A stretch of DNA of 64,000 nucleotides from Bilabrum cf. latius (taxonomy: Eukaryota): positions 1,178,001-1,242,000 of the forward strand of contig OZ237741.1 in assembly GCA_965178125.1 (NCBI GenBank), in the 5' to 3' direction. Below the pieces are notes generated by a model. It saw only the letters and a list, made by a program, of their open reading frames with translations, made no database searches and was not told the origin of the DNA. Within the stretch, counting starts at the first letter, position 1. Each line of letters starts with the position of its first letter. The position numbers and the translations under genes are program-made. Below, one piece after another: positions 1-14,896 of this stretch.

Positions 1-461
1 ACAGCCTCGCGACCGTGGCCGTGCTGTGCCCCTCTAGACTCGTCACTGCCATGGAGTGCTCCGGGTCCACCGGCGCCGCGCGTCTTGCGGAACTTGCAGA
101 GGCCGCATCAGAGGGCGCGGTGGCCCTTGGTGGGGTGGTGAGGACGGCGCTGGGCAGGCAGGCCGCGAGCAGGATACTGAGGCAGAGAGAGGTGGCAGGG
201 GCGCTCGCCAAAGTGGTCAGGGGGCGGGCAGGGGTGGCTTCAGACGAGGACGACGCGGCTGCGGGGGTGGGTGCAGCGCACGATGCTGCGAAGGGTCAGG
301 CGGACCCTGCGAGAGCCGGGCAGCTCGCGATGGTGTCTTGAGACTCGTGGCCTTTTCTTGAATAGTTCGCAATCAGCCAGCTTGACACGGATGACCGAAA
401 AATTAAAAATTGCTCGTCTGGCAGCGTACCAAAGTACGGACGCTTACCTTCGAAATCCGAA

Positions 462-2993
462 TCACTGCCCGGCAACACGGCCGTAACCCCCCCCGTAAAA
501 CTCCGCCTCGGCCTCGTCCTCCTCGCTCCCCACGTCCCTGTCTCCCATGGCCAGAGGGATCCCGCCCTTAGTGAACCGCTCCACGACCTCCCGCCCGTGC
601 CGCATGGCGAACCGCCCCCCCTGCATCTCCAGCTGCCGCACCGTGGGCAGAGGGGCCTTCCTCCCCCTGCCCCTCCTCCTCCTGGTAGCGTCGGCCATGG
701 GGCCCTATGTCTGTGCGCTGAGACTCTCTGGTCTGCACTCGGGGCAGCAGCAGCAGAAGCAGCAGCATACAAACCCGCAGGACACGCAACCAGCCACGTC
801 ACCCACCCCCTCGAGGCACCCGGCGCACCCGTTGCCCTTGTGAGCCTCGCCGTGGGGGGCAGTCAGCAGCAGCACCAGGCACCCACAGACCAGCTCAGGC
901 AGCGTGTAGAAGAACCAGGGGTAGAACGCCTGGCCCCACACGCCCTCCAGACGCAGGTTCCCGATCGGACCCAGCGCGAACAGCACCGCCCGCAGCGCGA
1001 AGAGAAAAGCGCACGCTACCATGATAGCCCCCACCCTTGTCATGGCAGCCTCGAGCAGCACCAGCAGCCTGGCCACCCGGCGCATCGTCGGCGTCTTGCC
1101 CCCCTCCCCTCTCCCTTCCCTGTCCTGCTCCTCTTCATCCTCGAACCACCCGAGAGCATCCCCGTCCCCGTCCCCGTCCACACCGGACCCCAGAGCCCCC
1201 GCCACACCAGCCTGCACCGACTGCACCATCGTGGACAGCAGAGCCACCGCCCCGCCGGCCCCGTCCTCCCGATTGGAGCCGCCACCGCTGGCCACCCTGT
1301 CTGCCGCCCGCTCCATCTCCCGCTCCAGACCGAACAGGGGATCCGACCACGGGCTCGCAGCTGCGCCCACCTGCCCCCCCGCACCCCGGGCGGACACGGA
1401 GCTCACCGAAGCGAAAGAAGCGCCCCGCAGACTACCCGCCACCGAGCCCCTGTGCCCCCCCAGCCCGCCCAGGGGCCCGCCTGCCGGCCCGAACGGAGAC
1501 CCCAGGCCGGTACCAGCCGCGGACCCGGCACCCGCTCGGCGGCCCATCCGGCCGGTCTCGCCCGCCAGCGCCCGGCGCCCCGAGAGCCTCGTTCCCCCGC
1601 CAAGATAGGAACCAGCCCCCACGTGGCTGTGCCCTGGTGTCCCTTTTGCGGGGGCACCCGCAGAGGAACCCCCGGGGGACGCACCCGCAGCGGTCCCCAA
1701 CCGGGGGACGGGCAGCTCCGGCCCCGTCATGGCAGCCCCTTGCGTGCTGCTGGGCTATGCGTCATCGTAATCAGCAGCAGCAGCAGCAGCCCGTCCGCGT
1801 TGTTCTATTCCCGCCGTCGTCGTCGTCTCCGCGCGCCGAACCGCCCGCAGCTCGATTCCCTTGCCGGATGCAGCAGCAGACCCCGGCCCGGGGACGCTCG
1901 TCACACCACCTTCTACCGATCCAAGCAGCGGCCGGCGGTGCTCCGGAGACCCCATTCCCTTCCCTCCCCCTCCCACACCTCGCACGGGTGTGTGACGAGC
2001 GCCCATGACGGCTGCAGCCAGGTCGCTGCCTCCCGCCCGTGCGCTCCCCTGCCCTCTGCCACCGTTGCCGCCGCCGGCCCCGCCGATCCCGATGACGCGC
2101 CCGAGCGCCTCCAGGGTCCTAGAGAAGATCTCCCCGCCGCCCCCGTCCCTCTGGCTCGGGGGAAGCCGCCCCTGCAGCACCGCGGCCAGCTCCAGCGGCG
2201 TGGACAGCCCGGGCCCCTGCCTCTGCTTGCTGCCCTCCTCCCTACCCGTCGCCTCTGCTCGCTCCTTCCAGGACCTGAGCCCCCCGAGCTGCTGGTCCAG
2301 GCCCTGCCTCACGATGCATCCGTTGTACAGGAGCGAAGCGGCCAGCAGGGCGTAGAGCACGCCCACCTGGATGAGGTAGAGGCGGTGCACGTTGTCGGCC
2401 GATTCCTTGTCGTCCACGATCAGAAACACCGCGAGGATGAAGCCCTGGATGATCACCTGCCAGACCGACAGGAGGAAAAAACTCAAATCCACGCAGTCCC
2501 TGCGAGGAACCGACTCGAGCGCCTTTTTTGCCGAGACGGCGTCCAGCTCGCCCCCGTTCCGGCCACCGGCCGCCTGGATCAGCGCCTGGCACGTGACTGC
2601 CCACTTGTGCCAGTACGTAACGATGAGCGAGAAGGCTGCAAAGAAGAGCAGCTATCCAAATCTATTCACGGCGCTCTCCAAGATCTGCTGCCCGCACCGT
2701 ATACCAGCGCGGCACGATGGCCTACCTTCGACTGGCCTCGAGTCGAGCAGGTCGGTGAACCGAAAGAAGAACCAACTAGCCCGGCACACGAAACAAATCA
2801 CAATTATAAAAGAGAAGTATGTCATAGTTCGCGGTATGTACTCGGGCACAAGGTCCAGCATGGCCCGGAATCGTTGCTGTGCATCCATCCGTCGCCTTTG
2901 CGTGTACGAATAGAGCGCGTAGAAGATGGCGGGGATAAACAGATAGCAGCTAATGGCCTCGTACGACGTCCACTGCGGGTCCCATCGCACCAT
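462..2993 (-). CDS. Multi-pass (about 7 TM) membrane protein, THH1/TOM1 (DUF1084)- or GPCR-like, with Gly-rich low-complexity insert; about 843 aa
   Basis: ORFs 2652-3065, 1755-2492, 705-1730 and 462-698 share one frame and are joined by TAG at 2652, 1755 and 705; ends TGA at 462. Hydrophobic helices include NRFG*LLFFAAFSLIVTYW, ACAFLFALRAVLF and FYPWFFYTLPEL. Start ATG (2993) is inferred. Confidence 0.65.
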
Positions 2994-3677
2994 GCTGACC
3001 CTGCCCCGAGCAGGGAGGCGATGATTTGAGTCAGTCGATCCGGGCGTGGTATGGGCGCCGCGCATTCGGCGGTGCGGAACATATCACACCACCAGCCAGA
3101 AAAGTCTGTCACAATAGTCACGCGTCTTTACATTGCGCAGGATTCCCGGTCCTCGAGTTGGATCCAAGCCGGGTATGCTTACTAGCTAAGCATATCTCGA
3201 CTCGCATCCACTGGCTGTGGGCGATATCATGTGAGCTTTGCGCGGCTAGATTTGGTCGTGTTCCTCCTCGGGACTTTGATTCATGACAGCTTCGAATGGT
3301 GCTCGATGAAGGACACCCACTCTAGAATTGCACTGATCCAATCTGGATGACAACCTTTGGTGCTGAGAGCATTCGTTGCCTTGCGTTTTTGAATTGATCT
3401 CAATGAAGATATTGCCCATTCGATAGGAAGTGCCGTATGATTTACCCTTGATTTGAACCTGGGCGAATCCAACTGAGAGATCGTGTAGTCATGAATAATT
3501 CTGTGCACTTTGTGTGGTATAGACCGCGTTGTGGGACGCGCAAGCCGTGAAATCTTGGTAGCTCGCTTTCCACCTCTCTGCTTCTCTCGCAGCAGACGTT
3601 CATTCGTACAGCCAACTAGTGGATAGACCACTACCATATCCTTTAGACAATCCATTATTTCTATTTTGTGCGAGAGA

Positions 3678-5219
<1,542 letters not shown>

Positions 5220-5366
5220 GAATGCCGCAATGGAGAGTTTTGTCGTCGCGAGAGGTGCACTTTTCATGCGGCATTTCCGGGTTGATTCCAATCCATGCAC
5301 ACGCGTGGCGCAGTGCAAAGAAACACAGTTGGGCTGCAATGAAGCCAAGATAAATTATTGTTTCGC

Positions 5367-5999
5367 ATGGCTGGGGCTCCTAAAGGCGCGCGACTGAAGC
5401 GCATCTCTTCGATTAGTGGCAAAGATGTTCGGGATCTAGAGGAGGTCTTCAAACGGATCGATATGAACGGCGATGGGAGGTTGAGTGCCGAGGAGCTCCG
5501 AGCGGCTTTGCAGAAAGTCCCGGGCATTGACGCTGCGCTCGTCGCAGACGTAGCGAATCGGATCGTAGAGCGAGCCGATATTAATGAGGATGGTTTCGTG
5601 GACATGAGCGAGCTGGGCCTTGCTGTGCACGATGATACCGTGACAGGAGCTGGAGATATCAGCGAGAAGGCACACGACTCTGCATCATGCTGCGCTGGGT
5701 TCTCCTGCGCTGGCTGCCTCAGCAGGATGCTGCTCGCATGCTGCTGCGTGTGCGGGGGCGACGGCGGCTCGCAGTATGGCAGCTCCGGCGGGCGCCCTGA
5801 GACGCAGAGGCGGCTAGATGAGCACAGGCAAGCCGTAGAGGCTGCAAAACTGCAATCGCAGTGGTAGCGCGGCGAGGAGTACCGCGGTGTAGCCCAGGCG
5901 GTGCAGCACCGCAACCCTACTAGTGGTGGCGGTGGCGAGGCCGAGCAGCAGGGGTCTAGTGCTAGTGGTGGTGTCCCAGCAACGGCACCTACAGGCTGA
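5367..5999 (+). CDS. EF-hand calcium-binding protein with Cys-rich segment
   Basis: Two EF-hand loops (DMNGDGRLSAEE, DINEDGFVDMSE); reads through TAG 5865 to TGA 5997. Confidence 0.8.
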
Positions 6000-6423
6000 C
6001 ACTCTGTCGACTCAATGGTGGAGATAGTTCCTGGGATGTTGGTGTTTGTGTGATTTGGTCGAGAGAATGCGGTTCTTGCGGCAAGCTTACAATAGCAGTG
6101 CGGTGACCCAGCCGATCCTTGCGCAGATCATCATGTAGCCTTACAGTTGCTGCCTTGGGCCACCACCCTATAGACCGGGGCCCGCAATTGTGGTCCGAGG
6201 GCTGGTCCAAGGGGCCAAAGTCCAGGGTGGGTGCAGCCGAAACGGAGCTGCACACAAGCTGCATGCTGCTGTAGTCTTGGTTGGTGTCGTACACTCGTCA
6301 TCCAGGCAGCACGCAGCCGAGAAAATCTCGGCCACAGCAAACAGCCGTGTGCAGCCAGTCCAGCAGCAATACTGTCCATTTCATTTGTTGTTATAAACCT
6401 TGACTCAAGCAGCTGGAGCAAGA

Positions 6424-8193
6424 ATGTCCTCCACGGGTGCTCTGGACGAGGAGATCTTGCTTGAAAGAGCGGAGAGAGCTGGACAGGCTGCCGCGAGGCT
6501 TGGTGCGAAACGAAGCCGCGCGTTCTTCGGTGGAAATCAGGAATATGGTCCTTCTTCATTTGTCCCCGGGGAAGCCACATTCATGCTGAGTGCAGTCGCG
6601 AATGAGTACGCGCACGTTGCTCTTCCTTAGCCGCCTCCCGGCTAGAAGGCCGCCAAGGCTGCAGCACAAAGGGCTGACGTCGAGAGTAGCTTAGGAATTC
6701 GACGAAATCCTCAGTTCATGCAGAGCGCGTCGAGCAGAGCGGACCACGAGGTTCCTAGGGCTCCGTTGATGCTCACGGACATCAAGGCCAGCGTGGGCGC
6801 AGGCGCGGCATCGAGCTCCGCGGCTTCTTCTTCATCCTCGTCCTCTTTGCAAGCAGCGCTGGTACCATCTCTTAGCGGTGATTTAAGCTCGCAGCAAGCT
6901 TCGTCCTTGCGATCTGCGGCCGCCGCTTTGGAGCAAGCGTCCGCGTCGGCGCGCGCCGATGCCACCCCGTCCACCACTGCGACAATCGTGAAGGACGCCC
7001 TGCGCCAAGGAGCCAAGCAGCAGGGCCTGGAACTAGGATCTGGCAGCGATGAAGGCGCCACTGCAGGCAGCAGCGCAGCCGCGGCTCGCGCCCAGGCGCA
7101 AACCGAGGCGGCGCTGAAGCGAGCCGGGGCCATGGCTGACGCTGCCCGTGGCGCCTCCAGGGCGATGGCAGGACGCGGCGCCGCGCGCGCCGTCCCGGTT
7201 CCGGAGTGGCACGCCCCGTGGAAGCTCATGCGCGTGGTGACGGGTCACACGGGCTGGGTCCGCTGCGCCGCCGTGGACCCATCCAACCAGTGGTACGCGG
7301 TAGGGTCGCAGGACCGCACGGTTCGGATCTACGACCTCGCCTCCTCCAAGCTGCGGCTGACCCTCACGGGCCACGTCAGCGCGGTGCGGGACGTTGTTGT
7401 CTCGGAGCGGCACCCGTACATGTTCACGTGCAGCGAGGACAAGCAGGTTTTCTGCTGGGACCTTGAGACGAACACCGTGATCCGCAAGTACTTTGGGCAC
7501 ACGGCTGGCGTCTTCTCTCTCGCTCTGCACCCCCGGCTGGACGTGCTGTTTTCGGCGGGGAGGGACAGCACCTGCCGGGTGTGGGACATCAGAACCAAGC
7601 ACCAGGTGCACTGCCTGCAAGGGCACAAGGACGCAGTGGTCAGCATCGGCACGCAGGCCGTGGAGCCCCAGGTGATCACGGGGTCGATGGACCGAACCGC
7701 GAGGCTGTGGGACCTGGCGGCGGGCAAGTGCCAGGGCATCCTCACCCACCACAAGAGGGCGGTTCGCTCCATCGCGTGCAGTACCAGGGAACGTTCCTTC
7801 GTGACCGCGGCCGCGGACGGTATCCGCAAGTGGGCTGGCGTGGACGTGCACCTGGAGAGGACCATGGAAGGCCACGCCGGGATCGTGCACTCGGCTGCTC
7901 TCAGTGACGAGGGCGTGCTGGCGTCGGCGGGCGACGACGGGGAGCTGAGGTTCTGGGACTACGGGACTGGCTACTGCTTCCAGTCGGCCAAGGCCCCCCC
8001 GCAGGCCGGGTCTTTGGATTCCGAGTCGGCTGTGTTCTCTCTCTCGTTCGACCGTTCGGGCAGCAGGCTGATCGCGTGCGGCGCGGACAAGACGATCAAG
8101 GTGTGGGGGGAGGATACGGAGGCCAGCGAGGAGACGCACCCGATCGACATGCGGGCGTGGCAGAGGGAGGCCAGGAAGCACAGGAGGCTGTGA
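6424..8193 (+). CDS. PLRG1: Pleiotropic regulator 1 / Prp46 WD40 spliceosomal protein
   Basis: [24 protein letters not shown]40 repeats and a C-terminal [10 protein letters not shown]...EETHP motif. The PLRG1-like N-terminus (KRSRAFF...NEYAHV) is in frame across TAG 6628 and 6643; ends TGA. Confidence 0.93.
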
Positions 8194-8413
8194 CAAGTGA
8201 CAATAGCGTGTGATGAGTGCGATGCGAGCAGAGGTTTGATTGGATCCAGTGTTTGCGCGCCAGCATTTGGCTATTATGCTCACTTACTCTTTCTGGCAGA
8301 ACACCCGAGAAATGCAACTACTCCACAGGCAGACCGACGCAGCGTCTGTGACGCACAGCCCCGCATCTCGCCCGCCCGCCACCCTTTCCAAACGAACCCA
8401 ATCGGATCCCAGC

Positions 8414-9284
8414 TCAGGACCCGCTCCCGCTCCCACCCGCTGCCGCGCCGCCGGCCGCGGCACCGCCGGCTGCTGCGACCGGCGCAGCAGCGGCCGGCTT
8501 GGCGGCCCCCGCTCCGGCTCCAGCCGCCTTGCCCTCCGCCTTGGCCTTGATGTGGGCCACCACCCACTCCATTCCCTCGGGGAGGCCGCTCCCCTCCAGC
8601 GCGCTGCACCCCTGGATGGACCAGTCCCGGTCCGAGATCTCCTCCAGCTCGAGGCCCATGGAGATTTCGTCCGCAGTCAGGGCACCAGCCTGGTCCTGCT
8701 TGTTGGCGAAAACGAGCAGCGGCACGCCAGTCAGCTTGTCCTCGCCAAGGAGCATCGTGAGCTCTGCCTTCACCTCCTCCATCCTGTCCTCGTCAAAGCT
8801 ATCCACAACGAAAATGAGGGCATCCGTGTTATCGTAGTAGTTCCGCCAGTACGGGCGGATGCTTGCCTGGCCTGCGCAGAGACGATAGTTCGAGAGAGAG
8901 CGGAATCGAGCGAATGGCTGTGGAGCTGCACCAAGCGAGGTCTGGACTGGCTCTAGGCCTCTGCAATGAATACACTCACCCCCGACATCCCATACGTTAA
9001 GCTTAAATCCCTCGTGCGACAGGCTCTTGATGTTGAAGCCCTGAGTAGGCATGATGCTGCGTGGCCAGTGGGGCGCGAACAAGCTCTACTCCGTACGGGT
9101 GGCGTCATATCTGCTGGCTACAGCAGGCAGGAATGCAATACGAACAATTTCCTTACTGTGTCGTGTCCTCGTTAGAAAGCTTCTTCAATACTGTGGTCTT
9201 GCCCGCGTTATCAAGGCCCAGCACCAGCAGCCTTGCCTCATTTTCTGTCTTCTTTAGCTTTCGAAGGAGCGATAGCAAGCCCAT
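8414..9284 (-). CDS. ARL3: ADP-ribosylation factor-like GTPase 3; introns 9057-9156 and 8872-8979; Ala/Gly-rich C-terminal tail
   Basis: [47 protein letters not shown] and ANKQD; GT-AG introns restore the frame. Confidence 0.92.
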
Positions 9285-9493
9285 AATGCCGCGATTTCAA
9301 ATTATGAAGGATTGATGCGTTCACTTCACGCCAACTTAAGCTGCTCAAGCGAGATATTGGGGGCGGCCAACGGCCGCAGAGCAGCCCTGGTTCTCGGAAG
9401 GTTGCAACCGCCCGAGCGGCGAGCCGACGGGGGTGCAACGCCCATGCTGCACGGCAAATGCACTTAACGAAAGTCCAAATGTATCATTTCGCA

Positions 9494-12364
9494 TCACCAA
9501 CTCATGAACCTGCCGATCAGGTGCGAGTACCTGGCGTTGGGCGGGTCCCTGGGCTGCTGCTTGAGCAGGTCGAGCATGAGGCTCGTCGTATCGCGCACCT
9601 GCGTGGTGTCAACCACCAGCTCCAGCGAGCGCTCAAGGTCCGTGCGACTGAACGTCATGCCGCGCGCGCGCTGGGCGGCAGCTTCCTCCAGCTCCCTAGC
9701 ACGGCGCACAGCCTCCCGCTCCGCCTCTGTGCGGCGCCGCGGCGCCGCGCTTGCGGAACTGCCCCCCACGGCGCTGCCGACCGCGCTGGCGGACCCCCCA
9801 AGCTCGCTGTCCACCACCCCGACGGCCGATCCCAGCCCCACGACAGACCCGTCCGTGGACACCATGGTCCCGGGGCCCACGCCCAGGGAGCGCCTCCTGG
9901 CGGCAAGCGCCCTGGACTCGCGCGGACCTTGACCGAGGACGGGACCAGACCGCACCATGGCACCGGGGGCACCGCGTCCTGGGCCCGGCGCTGGACTCTG
10001 CGCGGCGCCTCCCATGTTCCGCTGCAGGGACTCCATCGCCATCCTTGCCCGTGCGGCCTGCCCCGCCACCACGGTGGACGACCCGGCGCTGGCCACAGAC
10101 CCCGGCCCCGCCCCTGCTCCCAAGTTGTTCCCCCGCTTACCCCGCCTCTTGTTGTTCCCTGACCCCCAGGAAGGCCTGCCCTCCTCGTCATCCACGCCCA
10201 CGCCCCTCGCCCTCCTGGCCTCGTCCACCTGCTGCAGCACGCCGCCGAACTGCGCCCCCCTGCCCTTGCCCAGGTGCCTCCCCTCGGCGATCACGTCCTC
10301 CTCGCGCTGCTTCCGCCGCTCCATCTGCCTCCGCAGCGCGATCCCCTCGAAGCCCTCCCCCGAGGTCTGCCCCTGCCTTGCCCTCCTCGCCGCCTGATTC
10401 CACTTCTTGAGCTGCCTGTCGGCCTCGATCTCCCCCGCGTCAGGCCGGGTGATGTCCTCTGCCACGAGGTCAAGCAGGTCCCGTGTCTTGCCACGGTGGT
10501 CCCTTCCTATCCTCCTGCCGTCCCTGATGGCCTCCAGTTCTTTGGAAGCATCCACCGCGTCCCCCTCCAGCGTCTCCCTCAGGTAATCCGCCATGACCGT
10601 CGCGCTGATCATCTTGTAGTCTTGCAGGATCCTCATGATCCAGTCTCCGGCCTCTGCCCGCTCCCTTGCGACCTGTCCGCGGAGAGACAGCACCTGGCTG
10701 GGAGGACAGTCGTAGAGCGCCCTCTGCCGCTGCACCTCTTTCCTGCTCTCGTCCTACAGGATGGACAGCACGTGCTCGCACCTTTGCCTCTTCTGCTCCA
10801 TGGCTGTTCTCTGAAGCTCGGCCCAATCGGGAGCCGCGTCACTCCCACCTTCACCCCCCCCGTGGCCTCGCTCGCTCTGTCCCTGCCTTCTCCGGGTCAC
10901 GAGGGCCTGGCTCGAGCTGGAGGCCGACAGGCGACCCAGGCTGCGGGAGCCGCCGCCGGTCTTGGTCTTCTTGTTGTTGTTGTTGTTGTTGTTGCGCCTA
11001 CGGGCGGGTCGCTTCCGCTGCTGCTGCCCGGCGGTTTCCACTCCGGATCGATCGAACACGTACCTCAACTTGTCATCCGTGGCAGTGTGCGCCGTTTGGT
11101 GCCCCTGGCTCAGCGTCATGGTGGGCAGCCGAGCCGCCGACTTGCTGCCGCCCCCCCTGCCTCCCTGCCTCCTCCTGCCGCCTGGCTTGCCGCTGCCACT
11201 GCTCCCCCCTCCACCCATCCCCTGGCTCTCCCTCTGTGATGCACGCACCTGCAGCGCCATGAAATACTCTGGGTGCTCCCTTTCAACCGCCTTGGGGTAG
11301 AACCTGTCGTGCACCTCTCCCGTGGGCGCCACGAACAGGGTGGCATCGTCTGCTCCCTTGAGCAGCTCAATCCTAACAGCAGACACGAGGGTCCGCAGCA
11401 CGTTGAAAAAAGTGCTGTTCTCGGCGTATGCGGCCGTCAGCACGGCGGCGTCAGACACGCCCCGCTTGGAGAGGCTCTCTCGTCCCTTCCTGGGCGTCTC
11501 GTCCTCACGGTCCTTCTGCATGCGCTTCTTGCGGCGGATGGCCATGCGCTCGGCGAGCGTGCGCTTGGGCTTGGAGTCCTTGCCGTTCGAGGGAGCCCTG
11601 CTCCCGGAGGTGCCGTTGCTCGCCCTCGATTGCTGCGGCGGGGCACCTGCTCTGCTCCCTTCGAGCTGCTCCTTCCGCTCCAGCCGTGACAGCTACAGGC
11701 CCGGCGTGCTCGCCCGTGATCCGGTGCGGCGGAGCGGGGAAGGAGACCGAGGCGCGCCGGCACCTCCAGCGCGGCTGCTGCCTTGCAACTCTGCTCCCTG
11801 TGCCCCAGTGTCACCTACTCGCCGACCGGTGGCTGCGCGACCAGCAGCCGTCCTGGGACCGCTTCCGCGCTGGGCGCGCTACGCAGCAACAGAGGCGGAG
11901 TCCGGCAAGGAGGCTGCCGTGCTTGCCATAGATAGGACGCTTCGTTGGTCAAAGCCGATCGGCGTGGCACGAACCAAGCCGGTTGGGCCCTGATGCTTCC
12001 CCGAATCGTTGCTGATCCTAGAGTGCGACCTCGCTGCTTCACGCGCGAGTGCATTCGCGCGAGCTGGAACCCGCGGGACCAGCGATGCAACCATGTAAGC
12101 ATTTTCCTCCAACGGTCCTGTCAATGCGGCCGCGGTGCCTCGTGTCGGACTACCGGCGGGGCCGTACTATCCGGTCGGCCTCGGACGATCGCCAGCGGGC
12201 TGGCCTGCGGGGATCCCCCAGAACATCCCACCCGGCATCTTGCTAGGATCAGCTGCAAGCTATCTGGATTGGGCGCCACTTTGCGATGGAGGGCCTGGTG
12301 TGGCTCTGCGTGCAAGCGGGCGATGCGAAAGTGTGCTGCGCCCGGCTTCTGCGAGCTCGCTCAT
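9494..12364 (-). CDS. Hypothetical protein (about 956 aa), low-complexity and coiled-coil segments
   Basis: One frame from ATG 12364 to TGA 9494, interrupted only by five TAGs (near 12260, 12167, 11879, 11693, 10754). Confidence 0.6.
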
Positions 12365-12539
12365 GCTTGCCGTTGGGAATAAGAATTACACGATACAGGG
12401 CGCGCACTATTCAACTAGGAATGGGTGCTGGCGTATGAATTCTGTCTTTGCGGCTGCGTGTCCCCGCTTGTCTGGAATCGTTGGATCGTAACGGGTCTCC
12501 ACACCGGAACCGCCCTCCGAGTCTGCCGGAACGCCCCTC

Positions 12540-14780
12540 TCACGGCTGCAGCATGACGTGCACGTCTGCTGGCCCCTCGTGGTGTATGTGCGTCGCGTTG
12601 CGCTGCCTCCTGCAAGGAAGCATGTCCACCACCTTCAGGTCCTGGTTCTCTACCGAATTCCCCGGCTGTGCCGATGGCAGTGGCAGCGTCGCAGCCCCCC
12701 AACGGAGGCCCCCGCGGGCACCACCATCCAATCCTCCCCTTCCCCCTTCCTCGCTCCTGCTCTCGCTCTCATTCTTGCCTTCGATTACCCTCCCTATGAC
12801 CCTCTCCTCCACCAGCCATCCCTCGGGGCAGTCCTTCCTCCCCAGAAACACGACCATCCCCTCGGGCGAGTCGCCCTCCAACCCGTGGTCCAGCCGCTCC
12901 TCCAGCTGCCGAACCCTCTTCTCCAAATCGCTGATCCTCTCCTGCGACTCGTCCACGCGCACCGCCATCACCACCACCACGATCACAAGCAGCATCATCG
13001 CAAGGCTGGGAATTCCGTACGCGATGCCCGTCCAGCACCCCTGCAGGCACCACCCCTGGGATCTGCTACCACTGCTTCCAGTCTTGCCATCGCCCCCCCT
13101 GCCCGCCAGATCTCCAGAGGACCCCGCCCGTTGTCCCCGGGGCCGGCGCCGCGCACCAAGTTCCGCATCCTCCATCAAGGCCAAACCCCAGGCCTCGTCT
13201 GGCTCCACGTCGGACGCGCGCCGTCTCCTGCCCCCTTGCCCTCGCCCTTGCCCTTGCCCTTGCACGTGCCGGCCCATTCTCGCATTTACCTCGGCCCGCC
13301 CGATCTCCCCGAAACCCATGCTGCTGCCATCCCCATCCCGACCCCCCTCTGGGTCACCATGCAAGCCCGCCCCCGCCCCGGGGACAGTCCCCGAGCTGAC
13401 CCTGGAGGAGGTTACCGAGGACCGCGACCGGTGGAACCGCCTGCCAGTGCCAGAGCCAGTGGCGTGGTTGTTGATCGAGGGCGCCCAGCCGCTGCCGCCC
13501 TCCATGCCGTCGCTGTCGCTTCCGCTTCCGCTGCCGCTGGTGCTACGTCCCCTGCCTGCCCTCGTCACACCCCCGGCCCAGCCAGGAGCCATACCCCCCC
13601 CCAGCGAGTCCGCTGCCAGCAGTCCCGCCCTCAGACCCTGCCCCTGACCCTGACCCTCCGTGCTATCACTCGCCACACTATAACCCTCCCGTCTGCCCCG
13701 CTAGTAGTGTCTCCGAGAACCCCTCCTTGAGCCCTCCCCCTTCCTCCTCCCCCCCCTGTCCCGCTGCCTCTCGGTCCCTCCACCAGAGCGACGATCACGA
13801 CCTCTATCCCTATCCCTATCCCTATCCCTGTCTCTGTCTCTATCCCGTCCTAGCTGCTCAGGCTGACCCCGAGTTCGGCCGCGCCTGCTAGGGTTCCTTA
13901 CCTGCGGCGAAGGTTCGCTTCCCTCCCACCAAGCAGACGGCGCCGACGAGGACAAAGACATGCGCCCGCTGCGTCCGTGCATGTGCATGCCTCCACCCGC
14001 GCCCCTGCCGTGCGACGCCCCGCCCGTGCCTTCTGTGCCTGCGGCTCGCCTCGCCCCGGCATTTTCCTCCTCCTCTTCTTCCTCCTACCCCCGTGGTGTG
14101 AGCGAAGAAGACCCACCCACACCATCGTGGTGCCCGCTTCCCGTCCTGCTGCCGCTGCCAGTCCCCGACGTGCTGCCAGTCCCCGACCCACGCGCGATGC
14201 CTTGCCGCCCCATCCCATCAGATCTCTGCCCAATCAACCCTGCACTTCCCGTGGATCCGTTGGTATACCCAGTATCCGTGGTGGTGGCGCCCAGAGAGGG
14301 CCTCGAGGATACCCGTGGCACGCCGCGAGCAGGCCGAGCTCCCGGCGAGCGGTCTCTGCCGCTGTCAGTGCTGCCAAGGCCCCGCCTTGCTGCCCTCCCG
14401 GCAACTCCCTCCTATATGAGCAGCGATCGCATCTGAGGGGAATCTTGCTCCTCAACAACTGCGCGGCTCGCACTGCTCATGGCGTCTTCGTTCTGCATGC
14501 CGAACCTGACTTTGCCTGCCAGCCCTGCTTCCCTAGAGTTCAAGCTGGTCCCACCATCACTATCTTCCTTACCATCTAAATCTGTTTGCATCCTGCTGGA
14601 AACACCAGATGCACTTTCAACGCCATGATCGCTCCCAGTGCCGATTCCATTTTGCTGTTCCGATCTTGGGGATATACCGGGCTAATGCACGGCTCGACTC
14701 TCGTCAGCTTGTTGTGCATCGGTCTCAGATCTACCTTGTGCCTGTCTCACGCGGACCCCGAGGCCGTTAGTTGCTTCCAT
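12540..14780 (-). CDS. Hypothetical single-pass membrane protein (about 746 aa): disordered N-terminus, TM helix, coiled coil, C-terminal tail-collar-like domain
   Basis: One frame from ATG 14780 to TGA 12540 with four TAGs. TM segment LAMMLLVIVVVVMAV, heptads ISDLEKRVRQLEERL, then PEGMVVFLGRKDCPEGW. Confidence 0.6.
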
Positions 14781-14896
14781 GCCCCACAGAAACGTCACAG
14801 AAGTGCAGTTGCACCTGCCGCGCCCCCCCGTTGAAACCCCACGCTACCTCCGAGTCGGCCTTCTTAGTGTCGGTTCTTCGGCTACTTGAACAAATA

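Noticed and set aside
1-345. Possible gene fragment at the window edge
   Set aside because: Open Ala-rich frames on both strands with no motif; strand and product cannot be supported.
597-3029. 810-aa plus-strand ORF and similar long Pro/Arg-rich ORFs (e.g. 39597-40934, 26386-27837, 7033-8283)
   Set aside because: Antisense shadows of real genes in GC-rich DNA, with no recognisable motifs.
3100-3660. ORF 3281-3655, and likewise short ORFs in 6000-6400
   Set aside because: No recognisable motifs or clear coding bias; treated as intergenic or UTR.
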